From Daphnia carinata (lineage: Eukaryota), in contig NC_081333.1 in NCBI RefSeq assembly GCF_022539665.2, positions 10,292,001-10,356,000 on the forward strand: 64,000 nucleotides of DNA, written 5' to 3'. Within the stretch, counting starts at the first letter, position 1; each line of letters starts with the position of its first letter. The notes beneath the pieces are model-generated. The model ran no database searches, was not told the origin of the DNA, and worked only from the letters and a program-made list of their open reading frames with translations. Positions 1 to 13,200 of the stretch are shown here, piece after piece. Both the position numbers and the translations under genes were made by a program.

Positions 1-1305
1 AATATGCCTCCTTTCACACATCAGGGAGGAACGGCCCCTTTGCCAGTGCAAAAGGTAAAAATGACACCACCTGCAGGAATGTTATGGCTAAAAAGAAGCC
101 AATGTTAGAAAGGAAAGAATCAAGTGGCACGCCAAAATCCATAAAAAGGAGACAGCCTAGGACAATGGGGAAATCGGATGAAAAGAATGTGACTTGTAGA
201 ATTGCATACCATCACAAACTGGGACGCACACATGGCGACGCTATCGAGAACATTTTCTCTGGAACAGTTTCACTTCTTTCTTCACGGCTTGATGCTGGCA
301 CAGAAAGCAGTCCAGTCACATTCACATTACGTTTAACAATGTATGAAAGGCAGAAAGAATTAACAACGGACAGACGATGTCTTCCGACGCTCTCTTCGCA
401 CAGATACGGACACACGCTGAGACTATATTCTCTTGCTAGTGGTGAAACACACTGCACACAAAGCAACAAGCCGCTGCTCTGTTATAATACAACGCGAAAA
501 GAAGGGAGAGTTGACAGTTGTATGTAGACGAGCGTAGGTCGAGGCACCTAGCAATATGTGTCAAGTCAACGCCATCTAACGGATAGATTTTTAACTTATT
601 TTGAAAATGAACTGAAGCAAAATAGAAAATCAAACATAAGGTGACACAACACGCAGCAGGTGGTTAACGATTTCCCTTTTCCCTTGCATCCATTGGCTTT
701 GACATTGTCTGTTCGCTTGCCCCTAACGAAAGCAACAACACTAGTACTGAATAGCACTGATTAGTTCTATTGTTTCTATTTTTCCGCTTGACAATCATTG
801 TTTTCCTGGTTACCTAATCCTTGCCGCGGCACCGCTTCATTAACGACATTCAACGAATTCAATGCACTAAAACACTAAGATTCCCGTGGTTCGCATGCCC
901 AGTAACAGAGAAAATTTACTAATTTTGTTTTTATTTCACGATTAACACCACTGTTGTTGTCCTTTTCTCCGAACCAACACCCTTTTTATTGTCTTCCAAT
1001 TGGATCTTTGCTCTGCTCTCACACCCAAAGGTGCTGATTTAATCAAATTCTCTGTCATTTATAACCGGTGCTATTTCAGACAATTCTATTCGTTGAAGCT
1101 TGGAACCAGTCCTGCAAATTTTGCAAGCATAGAAACGAGCAAAACAAACGAAATCATAATTCTGCTGCTAACGCAGCGGGGCGTCAGTACTCTCCGCCCG
1201 ATGCGTCCAATAGATCTCATACGACCACACCCATGAAAAGGACAGGTTCAATTCAATGACACGCAAACAAAAAATGAATTGATAATTTTTTTTTCAATAA
1301 AATAC

Positions 1306-3286
1306 CTTGAGTTAGACGTGTAGGTGTAGCAACAGGTAGGCCGTCGACAGAAGTCATCTCGCCAAGTGGATAAAGACTTACGATGCCATTGATGTTTTCG
1401 ATGTAACAATGAATTGGTTCGACGCCAGTTCCCTGGACCACAACGTCCGGCTGACGCTGAACATAGCTTCCACCACAGCCCATCAGAAGCCGACCTTGGG
1501 TAGCAGCATTCATAAACAATCGAAAAGAAACAAAATGTTTTCCATATGTTGTATAAGTAAAAGTAAGTACAGAAAGTATTCTGAGGAGTCATCTGGGCGT
1601 TGCATAAATGCGTTTGCTAATGAATCCAGGGTGGGGCGCATCCTATATCTCTTACGATGATTTTGCCTTTTCCTTTTTTGTTTCTTTCTTCTCCATCATT
1701 CAAAAGCATCGACAAAAAAAAAGAATGAAAAGATGAGTCAGGTGATGGATCTCTCAAGAATTCCGATAGGGGAAACTTAGGTGCGCACGCTTACCTAGAA
1801 GTGAACGAATAAAGTGGAAGCCCCTACTCAATACCTTCAATTCACGGCATTATATCCCACAGAAAAAAATATGATATCTAACCCCTTTAAATGAAAACAG
1901 AATGACTAGGCCTATATGCGATTTCTTCCTTTGGTATTTTCCATCTATTATTCAAGTCTTTTCAAGTTTTCCCAATTCTTTTCCGCTTCTCACTGCGTTT
2001 CATCGTGACTTCCATGAACGGCAGTCTCAAAGAATACCGTCTAAGCCACGGACCAGCAAAAAAGACTGCCATCAGATGGGTGGAGAATAGAAACGTATAT
2101 CTTAAGGGTTGAGCGATCGATTAGCCTTCCCCACTGGTAAAAAAAAAAAGCGGAGGCCTTTGACGTTATAGAAAAAGAAACGGACATTTACTTTTATTGC
2201 CACCTTCCGAACTGATAGAATGCTATAAGCAAAGGAATGGAATAGGAATTTACTTTTATATGATGGCGGCAATGTGGAAAGGAAATTCTTATCAATTCAC
2301 ATTTGTCCTTTATCGGCTGCTGGATAACCTAATTTGGTATGGCCCACGTGATGGTGTAGATTTAGCAAATCAAAGTATTTGGATTGGGAACTTATCGATC
2401 ATTGCCTAGTTAGGTGATCGGAAATCCAATATTCTACTTCGAGATTACCAAAATTAGACATTTTTCTCCAATGGAAGGCAAAGCGGACAAACTAACAGGG
2501 CCACCGTAGAAAGAGAGACCTGGCACAGAGGTTGGAACACCAAAATAAAAGTTTTGTTGTCTCGACACTGCCCAAAGTTAGAATGTCAGATGGCTTCCAA
2601 TTCGTGAACACATACGCCGAATGTGATTCCATCAAAGAAAAATAATTGACTTGTGCTGTTATGCCGTTGAGTATAAGCGTAAAAGCCTCAGCATATCACC
2701 ACTGAAAAGTCGGTCGATGGTGACAATCAGGATTCGAAAACCTCGGCGATAGATACAGCGATTGAATTATCGAACGTGAGCGAGAAGAAAGTGTCCTCAC
2801 AATCAGCCTGACGGCAAAACCTTAGTCACGAAATTCAATTAAGCAACAACTTTTCCTCGGTTTTTCGCCTTTCTCTGTAAGTGCATGAAATCCCATTCAA
2901 TCGACGCTTTGTATCCTTGGATTATTGAGCTAATGCAAGTGAAGTTTAAGGATTAGTTGCTGATAATTACCTTCAGGCAATTGAATGAGTGTGATATTTG
3001 TACTGAGTCGACCACTGCCTAAAGTGACGAGATGTGGACCGCAATCAGCCGTGCGGACTTTGAGGGAATTGTGGCCTTGCTCGCAGACCTCTACGCCGGG
3101 CGATGGAGAATGGTGTCGAGACGTCGCAGTAACGGGCCGATAATGAAGCTCTGCTGGTGTCCACTGCTGCGTTTGCAGCCAGTATGGTCTCAAGTCTGCA
3201 TCCGAATTGCTGGCATTGGCCAATTGCTGATGATGGGGGTGATTTGCGTTGAGCCAAGCTCGCTTGACAGCCGCTGTAGCCATCAT
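1306..3286 (-). CDS. PHLDB: Pleckstrin homology-like domain family B (LL5/PHLDB)-like protein, first two coding exons (3286-2971, 1494-1306); gene continues beyond left edge
   Basis: Spliced peptide ...SLKVRTADCGPHLVTLGSGRLSTNITLIQLPE|GRLLMG...IHCYIENINGIVSLYPLGEMTSVDGLPVATPTRLTQG closely matches the PHLDB1 N-terminal FHA region as I recall it (PHLVSLGSGRLSTAITL...HCYIEN...DGLPV..PTRLTQG). GT-AG junctions are in compatible phase 1. The next expected exon was not found in 1-1300. Confidence 0.85.
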
Positions 3287-4019
3287 CTCGTCTCTAGCAC
3301 CTCCTGTTATTTACACAACGCACATTTAGTTTTAGTTTTTTTTTCTTTTGGGTTTACGTTTTGTTCCTTATTCAAAAACATTCAGCCATATTTATAACTT
3401 TTTGTTTAGCATTTGTCACGATCAAATGGTCTAAACAGAAAGAGATGAACTAGAGGAAAACGATGGAAAAGTAAAAGAGACGAAGACAGAAAAACAGATG
3501 GAGAGCTAACATCAGAAACCACTCAACGCGCGCTGGCGTACGTTGTCGGGCGGACGCCTATCGTGGCAGCAATAATCTTTATCAACAGCCTCCCCCCTCC
3601 AGAAAAAAAAGGAATACAATAAAAATGTAACCTTATACAGCACATAGGTACCGTTATATACACAAGAGTCTTTATTTATAGTCTTAGTTAGTCCACGTTA
3701 TGTTTTAGTGCGCACATAGAGCTGCTGCAGTGGACGGTTTGATCAATGATGAATTTGTGAAGAATGATGGGAATACCATACAAGTCCTGGTTCCACTCAC
3801 ACTTGTTTTGTTTTGATGGACTGGCTTTTCCATCTTCTTGTTTGACTGCCACTTGATTTTTCTTTTTCGTTGCTGCTGAAACGAGGACTTTCTTTTAAAT
3901 TCCATTTGCTATTTTGAACGCATGTGCTATACGCATATTACGTTTAATTGATGAGCAGCAACGCTTAAAACCCAAACCAAGGGTCCTACGGCAAGAAAGA
4001 AAAAGAAACGTATTCCTAC

Positions 4020-4565
4020 CGCATCTGGTAGCGTACTGTCGCTGCTAGCGATGTATAATTATAACTAGCGCAACAGAATGCTCCCAGGAAGAAAGAGAGA
4101 GAGAGAGAGAGAGTGCGGAGTGTAAACACGCAGAATTTTTCGATTGTTCTACAGCAAATAAAAAAGCCGGAGAAAAAGTTTTTTGCGCTGATCTTCAATC
4201 CCACGCTCGTTCGACGAAGCATAGGAAAAAGAAAAGTCGACCAGAAATTCCCGCTAACACTTAAGTCGTACACGGAATATAAGACTCACTTGTACTTTAT
4301 CTACAGCTCCACTTATTCTTTAAAAAAAACTTTCCCGACTCCATTTTTAATATCGTGACGACTAAAGATACGGAGCTTTGCAACGCTCATTTCCCACACA
4401 GTAAAACAAATGAAAATTGTTGTTTCTATTTCGTCTTATCTTTTTTCACCATGAAACGAAAATGTTGATGGCGAGATGGGTAATGTGCACGTGAGGTTGA
4501 ATGTAACTACGTCGACGTTCTCATTCACCAGCAAAAGAGGGAGAGAGCCTACACCGTGACTGATA
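4020..4565 (-). promoter_or_regulatory. Probable TSS and non-coding first exon of the PHLDB-like gene
   Basis: Minus-strand Inr-like TCAGTC at ~4557-4562, donor-like G|GTAGGA at ~4020, and acceptor AACAG at ~3304 just upstream of the ATG. Motif inference only. Confidence 0.3.
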
Positions 4566-7500
4566 AGGCTGCTGACGTGTTTCTCTCTTCGGCTATCTCG
4601 TCTGTTTCGTCTCTGCGTTCCCCTCTTGACGGCCTCTCTTCCCGCACTCTCACTTTGTTAGTACCCAGGTTGAAGAAGGAATCCGATGTGCGCTGGGTGG
4701 GCGGGTATCGTGTTTCTCGCTCTGACTATACGGTTACGTCGTTCCCCAGCATTTGGAGGACGCCCTGAAAAAGCTTGTAGGTTCCCCTGTTTCGTGCTGA
4801 AGAATTCGACGCGATGACGTCACCTTCTTACCAGAGACGAGGTCGCCTGGACTTATGATTGTCAGTGGTAACAGTTGGGAAAATGAAGGGAATTGATAGG
4901 CTTCAAGCCACACTGTCTCGTATTGACGTGATGACGGATCTTAGCTGGAGTCCTCGTCATTTTTATTCTTCCCCTTTTTTTCTTCTTTTTAACAGCTTGT
5001 GTTTATTATGAGAACGGGTAAACAAAAAAAAAAACCCAAACAACAACAATCGATTAAGGTCAACAGTCGGAACTCGGAAGACCGTGAAGAATTAGGAAGC
5101 CCATTGAAAATGCGTGGGCTAAAAACAAAAAATAAAATAAAAGAGAAATTAAAAGGCCATAGTAATCTTATACATAATCAACAGTATAAGAATTTGGGAT
5201 CCATTTTCTTAGCCAGAAAAAAGGGTTATATAAAAGGCTTACAGGTCCTACTGTCTGATTGACTTGTACACTGCTGCAATAATAAAACACATAGCTATAC
5301 AGACGATTGGGGCCGCGGGCCAAACTCAGATAACACACCTCTAGCCTACTCATCGTGAGGGAATGTCGTTTTCAGATATTCAAACGCCAGCCATCTTATC
5401 ATCGTATCGTGACATATACGATTGAAAATATTCGGCCATTCTACCACAGTCTTTTTGGTTCTTATTCAGCAATTGATTGGTTGACGGGTCGTTTCTAACG
5501 AAACGCCTTTTCGTGAACATGAGAATAGAATATTCACGAGAATATTAGCCTTAGTGTGTGACTATAGTGGACCACTCCTGTTTGCATGCGATTCCTCCTG
5601 TAGACTTTTTAGCATGATGATTCACCAGCAGTTCCGTGTATGGCTGCGGTAAACATGCAACAACAAAAGAACAACCCACTACCTTTGGCACAGGGTTTTA
5701 GCCAATTCTTACTATAGCATATGTACATGCAGTACGTATTGATATAAATAAATATACCGTAGACAGGGAACTGAAATCGGAACGGTCGGATTGAATTTCC
5801 AGAATCCTAGCGACGAAAACTCTTCGTTCACATCCACCTCTGCAAGGGTAGGAATTTTATAGCAAAAGCCACGGCATAACTACATAATAGGAAATATCGC
5901 TGAAGAGCAACAAGCTTTTCAAACAAGGTGGGGGGTTATGGTTGTAAAGAAAAAGGCGTAAAAAAAAAGACGGTGATGAAAGAGTGGGGGAAGAAGTAGG
6001 GCGTGACGAGCCATTGAATCACAAACAACAGCAGCAGCACACACCAAAAGGGAAATGTTTGCGCCTCCGCCTTGGACTCGTCTCGAACGAGATTTTTGCA
6101 GCAGCACGAACCCGAATAATATATTAAAAGAAACACAAGGGCATCATGCAGGTCTGATACTCGAGCAGCCAAGTTTCCATTCGTCTTCTCACGCGTTTCA
6201 AATGATATGCAGTCCCCTTTTTTTTTTTTCGTTTCTTTTTCTTTTTTTTTTATTAGGATGAAGGGCGGTAACCATAGCGAATAACAACAAAACGAAATGA
6301 ACAAAAAAGAAAGAGAGCACACATAGCTAACAGAGGCCTCTGCTTGGGGTTCGTCAAAAGCAAGACCTTTTCAGGAAGAACAGACCCATTACTCTGTCCT
6401 TTTATAGAAATACGGTGCATAGGAGACGATCGTCATCAGATTTCCATATGAACGTATCGACAAATTGTCTATGCCATTACGTGATTTATCTTAATTTTCT
6501 GTCGGGTTTTTTTACAACCCCATTGTCAATTCGTTTTTTTTTTTTGGTTGGTTATCTTTTGGTGGTTTTCAAAATCTTCCAGATTTCCCGCGCCTTGACT
6601 CTCGGGAACATCCTTGGCCCACTCGTGGCACTTGTTCTTTGAAAAGCACCGGCATTCGCTTTGACATAAGGTACATATATACAATACACGTTGTTCCATA
6701 CTGAGCGTGTAGATGCGTGTTATTTATGTGAAAGATTGTGACCGCTCGCGTACGGCCAGAAATCTTTTCTTCTTCCTTGATTTACGATGATGTATTCAAG
6801 ACGAAACGGCGATTACATGTCTGATGGATGGGGAAAAAAAAGGAATCGTCTGTTCGCCACGTACTAGTACGTGTCCGTATACGTTTACGTGTCATGCAGA
6901 GAAGCGCTGATTTGAAGTCTGTAGTTCGTTTATTATCAACGATAGAAAGATGACGAGTCGCTGAGCTATCAGATCATTTCAATGCGATGCGTCACTGATC
7001 CCCGTGTATGTGCAGAACGATTGATATTATTATCCGCTTTTTGTTCCGGTGCAGCCAAAAAATTGGGACATGTGTGGCAAACTTCCAAAATCACTCAGCA
7101 GCTTCTTATGAGCAATATCTTGGTGCTTTATATGAAAACGCCTATTACCAATACAGTTTTTGTTTTATGCTTGTCATCTCTTTATCTTTCACAAAAAGAA
7201 AATGGTGTCAATAATGGACAGTACTGATAGGGGAAAATATTACGACCTTCAGTAGTTTAATAACGAGCACGTTATTCAACAGTTGACCTTCGTTATTCAT
7301 TTGGACCTCGTTAAGCCAAACTGTCAAACTCGTTCTCTTCCAAAAAAAGAACTGAACGCCCAATAATGGAGAGGCCTTACATTTTCTCTTTTCTAACACG
7401 TAGAATCCTTGTTATGTACCTTATTTGTTCCTTGGTGCGTGTCGAAGAGAATCGCAAAGTCGGAGAATCAGCTGCGAGTTGCACCACAATCCCGAACGAA

Positions 7501-10220
7501 GGTAGTGCAATGGCCCCCGCGGCAAACACGCGCGCACACTAACACAGCACCGGTTTGCATAAAGGCATCACGGAGACAAACGAAAATAGAGATAGTCGCC
7601 GAGAAAGCCTTATCAAGTTCACTTATTTCGACTACACCGTGTGGGAGAAACTGATCGACTGATGTGTCTGGAACTCTCGGTTTGCATGGCGCTGTCGCGG
7701 CCGGGAAAAGCACACAGGGAGAGAAACTTAAAAGGGAGGCTCCGCTGTACGCGCAGCTCCGGCGAATGGGAGGGCTTTCTACGTACCCCACTCTACATAC
7801 ACAGCAAGGGAGAGAAAGAAAAAGAGAAAAGAAAAAAAGGAAAAATAACTATAGGCTTGGCGTTCGACCAAAACCGTTTTTCATTGGTAATACGAAACTC
7901 GCAATAGAGTCGACCGTCAGTCCATTTCAGGAACAACGTGACATGTTCTTTTTCCAATATAGAAACGTCGAATTTTGTCGAGTACGGACATCCTGCCAAA
8001 ATTTCATTGGATCACGTTTCAATCAAGCGGCTCGTTGAGCGGGTAAAAAGAATCACGATCAAAAACGTACCCGTTTTTTTGTTGAAGAGACTAGATTTTA
8101 TTTACAGGCTTACATTCCGTGTATGGTCCATGTCTGTAAAACAGATAAACAGGCGTTTGTAGAGAGGAAACTTCAACACGTCTAGGGGAAAAAAGAGGAA
8201 AAAATGAAAAAAATAAAGAACGGATGTGTGTGTAGTATATCTGTACGACTAAAGCTTGTTGTGTGGACGCAGAGCATACGGCCGGATAAATGCAACGCAG
8301 ATGGCCTGGCTATTATTCAAGCCTGGATGCTCCCTTTTCAGAAATCGGTTGACTAGTTGCTATGACAACCCTTGATCCACCGCCGAGCTACAGCGCACGC
8401 TCGTTACACTTTCCACAGGCCTCAATAATATGGTTTCCTCATCTAACTATAATTTTTTTTTCTCTAGTTTTCTTCCTGGCCATTACCGGCAACGTCCAAG
8501 CAGTATCCGATAGGTTTTTTTTTCTTTTCGATGTGGCTCTTACAAATACTCTTTCAGCTCTTCCCGTAGAAATACATGTTTTGTATGTGTAGGCCAATAG
8601 ACAAAGCTTCCGGTCGGTTATTTGGTTTATTTTTAGTCGTCTCCGGAAACTTGAAGCAGTAGAAGAAGAAGGAAAGAACAAGATATTCCCCTCCAACATA
8701 GGCGAACTTCCGGTCGTGGTTTCCAGTTTTGTCCCCTATATTAAGAATTAGCATTTTTTTTTTCAAACTAATGGTACCTAGAAAATATCAATAAAAACAA
8801 TTACTGATCTTCCTTATTTCTTACGTATATAGAACCATTGTATTTCAAAGAACCATAAATCTTGTGACAGATAATTTTATTAGGGAAAAATACCAGGAAA
8901 AAAATTGCCTGCATCGAAAATGAGAAGAAAGTTAATTTGTAATTTGATTTTTGTTTGGTTTTTTCAGTTGGGGGACGTAGTCGATGCCGTCAATTCTTAC
9001 GACTCACTAGCATCGAATGGAGTGCGTTGAGTGAATCTAACACGTGAGCCGACACTTCAACGCATTACGGTCTCTTTATTTGTCAAATGCATTTCTGAGA
9101 AAAAAAAAACCACATTATACAGTAAGCGACGGCTCCTGTTTGTTCAAATCACGGTGACGCATCGTAAATCTACGCTAATCAATTTTTTTTTTCTTTTTTC
9201 ACCGTATTTTCAAAACAAAACGAAAATCATTGAAATCATTCATTTTCATTTTTTCCAGGGAAGACTAAGGGAATATCGATCAATCCGGTCGCACGCTTGC
9301 TAACATTACGAGAAGTGAAAAGAAGTCCATTCGGTGTTGTTTACTGGGTAGCGTGTGTGTACACGTCGCGGACTGTTAGACGAACCGGTAGGGGGAGAAA
9401 GAACGACACAAAGATATGGGGCGAGCGCTGTTTTTGTTTTGTAAAAGAGAAAAAAAAAGTCGGAAATCTAAAAATAGTTGATTTTGTTATGTACCGATGT
9501 GTACTGTATTTTGGAGAACGCAGCTGAAGGCAGTGTAGGCGAGAAGGGCACGTGCGGGCTTTTTCCTGTCTTTTCCTTTTTGTCCCTTTTTCTATCGTTC
9601 GCGACAGCATCTGCTTGACGGTTATTGTTTCCTTAACTATGTTGTTCGCCAGAGTAGTTTGCAGTATATGTCTACGAGTGGTCGTATGAAAAAATATGCC
9701 AGTATTTCAGAGTTTGTAGAGAAGAGGGAAAGACAATGGAGAAGGCCACCTGTCGGGGCGTTTGTTCATTTTGTTTTTAGGGTCTTCAAAACACGACGAG
9801 TGTTGAACAGAAGACTGCCAATGAATACGAAACGACAAGCAGGTTTGTTAACCGCGATCGTGAGCGATCTGTCGCACTGTTTCCTGCGATCACGATTGAC
9901 GACGGCAGGTTTTCCGGACTATTGGAGCTCGGCAGATGTTCATTACAATCTTGATCACCTTCTCAATTACAAGACGATTATTAGGAAACGTGAGGTATTT
10001 AATAATCTGTAACTTTAAAAAAAAAAAACATGTCGAGAGAAGCCCCTTTCGTTCGCACAGTTTAGAGAGTTCACGACTTGCCGCATTGTTTCAATTTCAT
10101 TATCTGGTTTTACACGGCGTATCTCTATTGCTGGTTTTTATAGCCCGACAAATTGATTAGTTCTTCCCTGTGCAAACAAAACGGACTGTTTCCCCTTGAC
10201 ATGTTTTTTCGCACTCGACT

Positions 10221-13200
10221 CTATTCACCTGGTAAGCATGATTCATACTCTGTGGTTGATTGCGGAGTTGATTGTTCTGTGGACGTTTCCATTGTACTCG
10301 TCTCTATTTCTTCGTGAGTTCCATGATGATCGACCGACACTGGGTCGATGATTAACACCGGTAAGGTTGATTGATTATCTTCCGTCGTCTCTTCTGTTTC
10401 AGTCACTTCAATTGTCGACTCTACCGTGGATTCAGTTTCATCGAAAGTTGAACTGCTAGAACTGGTGATAATCGTAGGTGTGCTGGTAGGACTTGGGTAA
10501 GGACTGGATGAAGGATAAGGACTGGAGATAAAGTAAGGACTGGACGTAGGGTTAGCCGAAGAGCTAGCTGTCGAAGGGCTCGCTGTCAAAGGGCTAGCTG
10601 TCAAAGGGCTAGCTGTCGAAGTGATAATCGTAGTCGTGCTATCTGGCATAGTACTGCTGGATTGTTCGACGGATGTAGTACTGGCACTACTGCTGGTGCT
10701 AGTACTGGTGCTGCTGCTGGATGTTTTTTCATCATTGTCGTAATCGGTCAGTTCGGGGTCTTCTCCGCCAGAGAGGTAGACCGTGTTCGATTCGGCGCTC
10801 CAACCAAAACGGTTGCGAGACTGGACACTTACCTGGTAAACAATACCAGTGGCTAGGTCGGACAGGTCGTATCCATGACTGTGTAGTGAGGGAGATGAAG
10901 AGACGGCCGAGGAGTTGGATGGAATGATCAAATTAACCCAGCTAATCTCGGGTTGGCCACGAGGTCTGAGCCACAATCGGTATTCGTAGATTGGGCTTTG
11001 GCTAATAGCGTCCCATATTAGTCGGTAGCCAACGTGCTTTTTTTTCGTCTCATCGTCATCCTGCTGTTCAGAATCGAGCACCTTATTTGATTGAATTGGA
11101 GGTGACACCCACAGGACAGCTGCCATCGCTTTGCCTGTTGGAATACCAATTAAAAAGACGTTATGGATCGATTAAAACTTTGAAGTCATTAGCGAACTGC
11201 ATAGCGTATTTTATCATGACACAATAGCAAGTGTTTTCTGAATCAAAGCGACGTCGTTTTTGTTATTTCATGATTATTTTGTAACTAAACGCCATCTTTT
11301 GAGCGGTAACACAACGACGAACGGAAAGTCAAATTCCGTCCGCATTTTTCGCTATTAGTTACAGCTAGGCTATTTTCAGACTTTCCTTTGCTATTAAAGT
11401 AAACAAATTCTTCACGTCATGCGAGCAAATAAACAGTTTTGTCGCGTGTTTTTCGCGGGTATCTATTATTAATCGTCAATCGTCGCGGCGAAGAATGGAG
11501 TTGTATTCGTATGAACCTAAATAGCACGTTAGTCATTTTCTCTTGAGACTCGCAAATTTCTGGAATGAAGCACGCAAAAGTTTAAAGTCAACAATCATTC
11601 ACCGCTGAACATTGCCTAAATTTCCGCAGAAATCTTTTCTAACATCTGTTACTCTTACGATTTAGAACCTTTGGAAAAAAAAATTAAAAAGATGATTATT
11701 AAACAACGACTGACTGAACTTATTTCATCACATTTTTCAGTGCGTGTAAATTATTGCATGCACATTCTAAAACAAATTTAAAGCTTCTTCTAAATTTAAA
11801 AGAAAAAAGGTTTCACATGTCATTCAGGAAAACATTGTTTTACACGAACGTGGTAGCTTGCCTTTGGCTTCCTTTCGTGCGTTTGAACGTACCTATAACG
11901 ACTGTTATTGTGCAAGTAAAATTTGAACTGTACATTTAGCTATTTAGACAGTTACTTGCTACCCTGAATAAATACACGAAGGAAGAGATGAAGATAATTG
12001 TACAAGTTCTATAAACCTTGATTTTCGCTACGTTAGCTCGAATAATCCCAAAAACCACCAGTTTACCAAACTACAGCTAAAATTACAGCATGCGTCATGT
12101 GAACCCGTAAGGTTTGCGAAAAAAGCAGTTCATTCAATTGATTTCTTAAGAGGTTTTAGCTTCAACTGCGTGCGCAGCCATTGTTTTGGTAATTTGCTGT
12201 GCATTGGTCAACGTTGAGTCATGAACACTTTTACAAAAAAATTCCCTGCGAAGGTTGTGTGGCGTATTAATAAACCTCACACGTCTGACTGGTTAACGTA
12301 AAACAATTCCCCGTCGACACCAACGCTTGTAGCTACCACTTGATAGAAAGCAACAACGGTTACTTAAAACTGCTGCACATTTTGTGCACCACTTAAAAAA
12401 AAGCAGCCACTTGAACAGCTAACTCAAATTTTTTTTTTCGATAACTTCAAGTACGATAACTGTACAGTGAAGACGGTCTTGAAGCTATAAGATTACAAGT
12501 ACGAAGTGTAAGATAAATCAATTGCTGAGAGGCTTCCACAAAAGAAATGGGGCCGAAGACAGTTCAAGAGCAAGCCAGAATAGTTCCCACAGTCAAACTC
12601 TTACCCTCTATACGCAATCAATTTCAAAGTACGTGTGTTATTCAATTGATTGTCATTTCAAGAGTATTCTTCTGTGATGGCAAGAACTTGAAAGAAACAA
12701 TTCGTCAATAAAATCCTCCATACAGGCAAACGATCATAGTGTAAATGAAAATGTAACAATATCCGGAATCGAAACTATGCCCTGATCGTAGAGGGAATAT
12801 AAGACTTTTAGTTTTCCATCGTTGTTCTGTTTTTCTATTTTTTTAAAGAATATGAACGAAGTTTTAGAACCTTTGCTACCCATAACCGAGCAATGGATTA
12901 TACGAAGTCATTCGGAATAACCCCGATCTCCCATTTCTCCCAAATTCATCACCTCTCACGTTTTATTATCGCATATGACGACTATCTTGTTACCTTGAAT
13001 AGATTTTATTGTTAAACATTCAAAAGCTACATCTCGTACCGTGAAAAAATTCAGGTTCTTTCGGAATATCAAGTTCATCCGGCTTTGGTGTCATTTGAAC
13101 CATATTCGAAATTCAAAGGAAATTCAAAATGATGAGCCATAGTTAGGCATGGGTTATCTTTTCTAGCACTTCATAGAGATTTATTATTCTTCCCTTTTAT

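Noticed and set aside
84..527. 147-aa plus-strand ORF
   Set aside because: No recognisable homology; lies antisense within the PHLDB-like intron.
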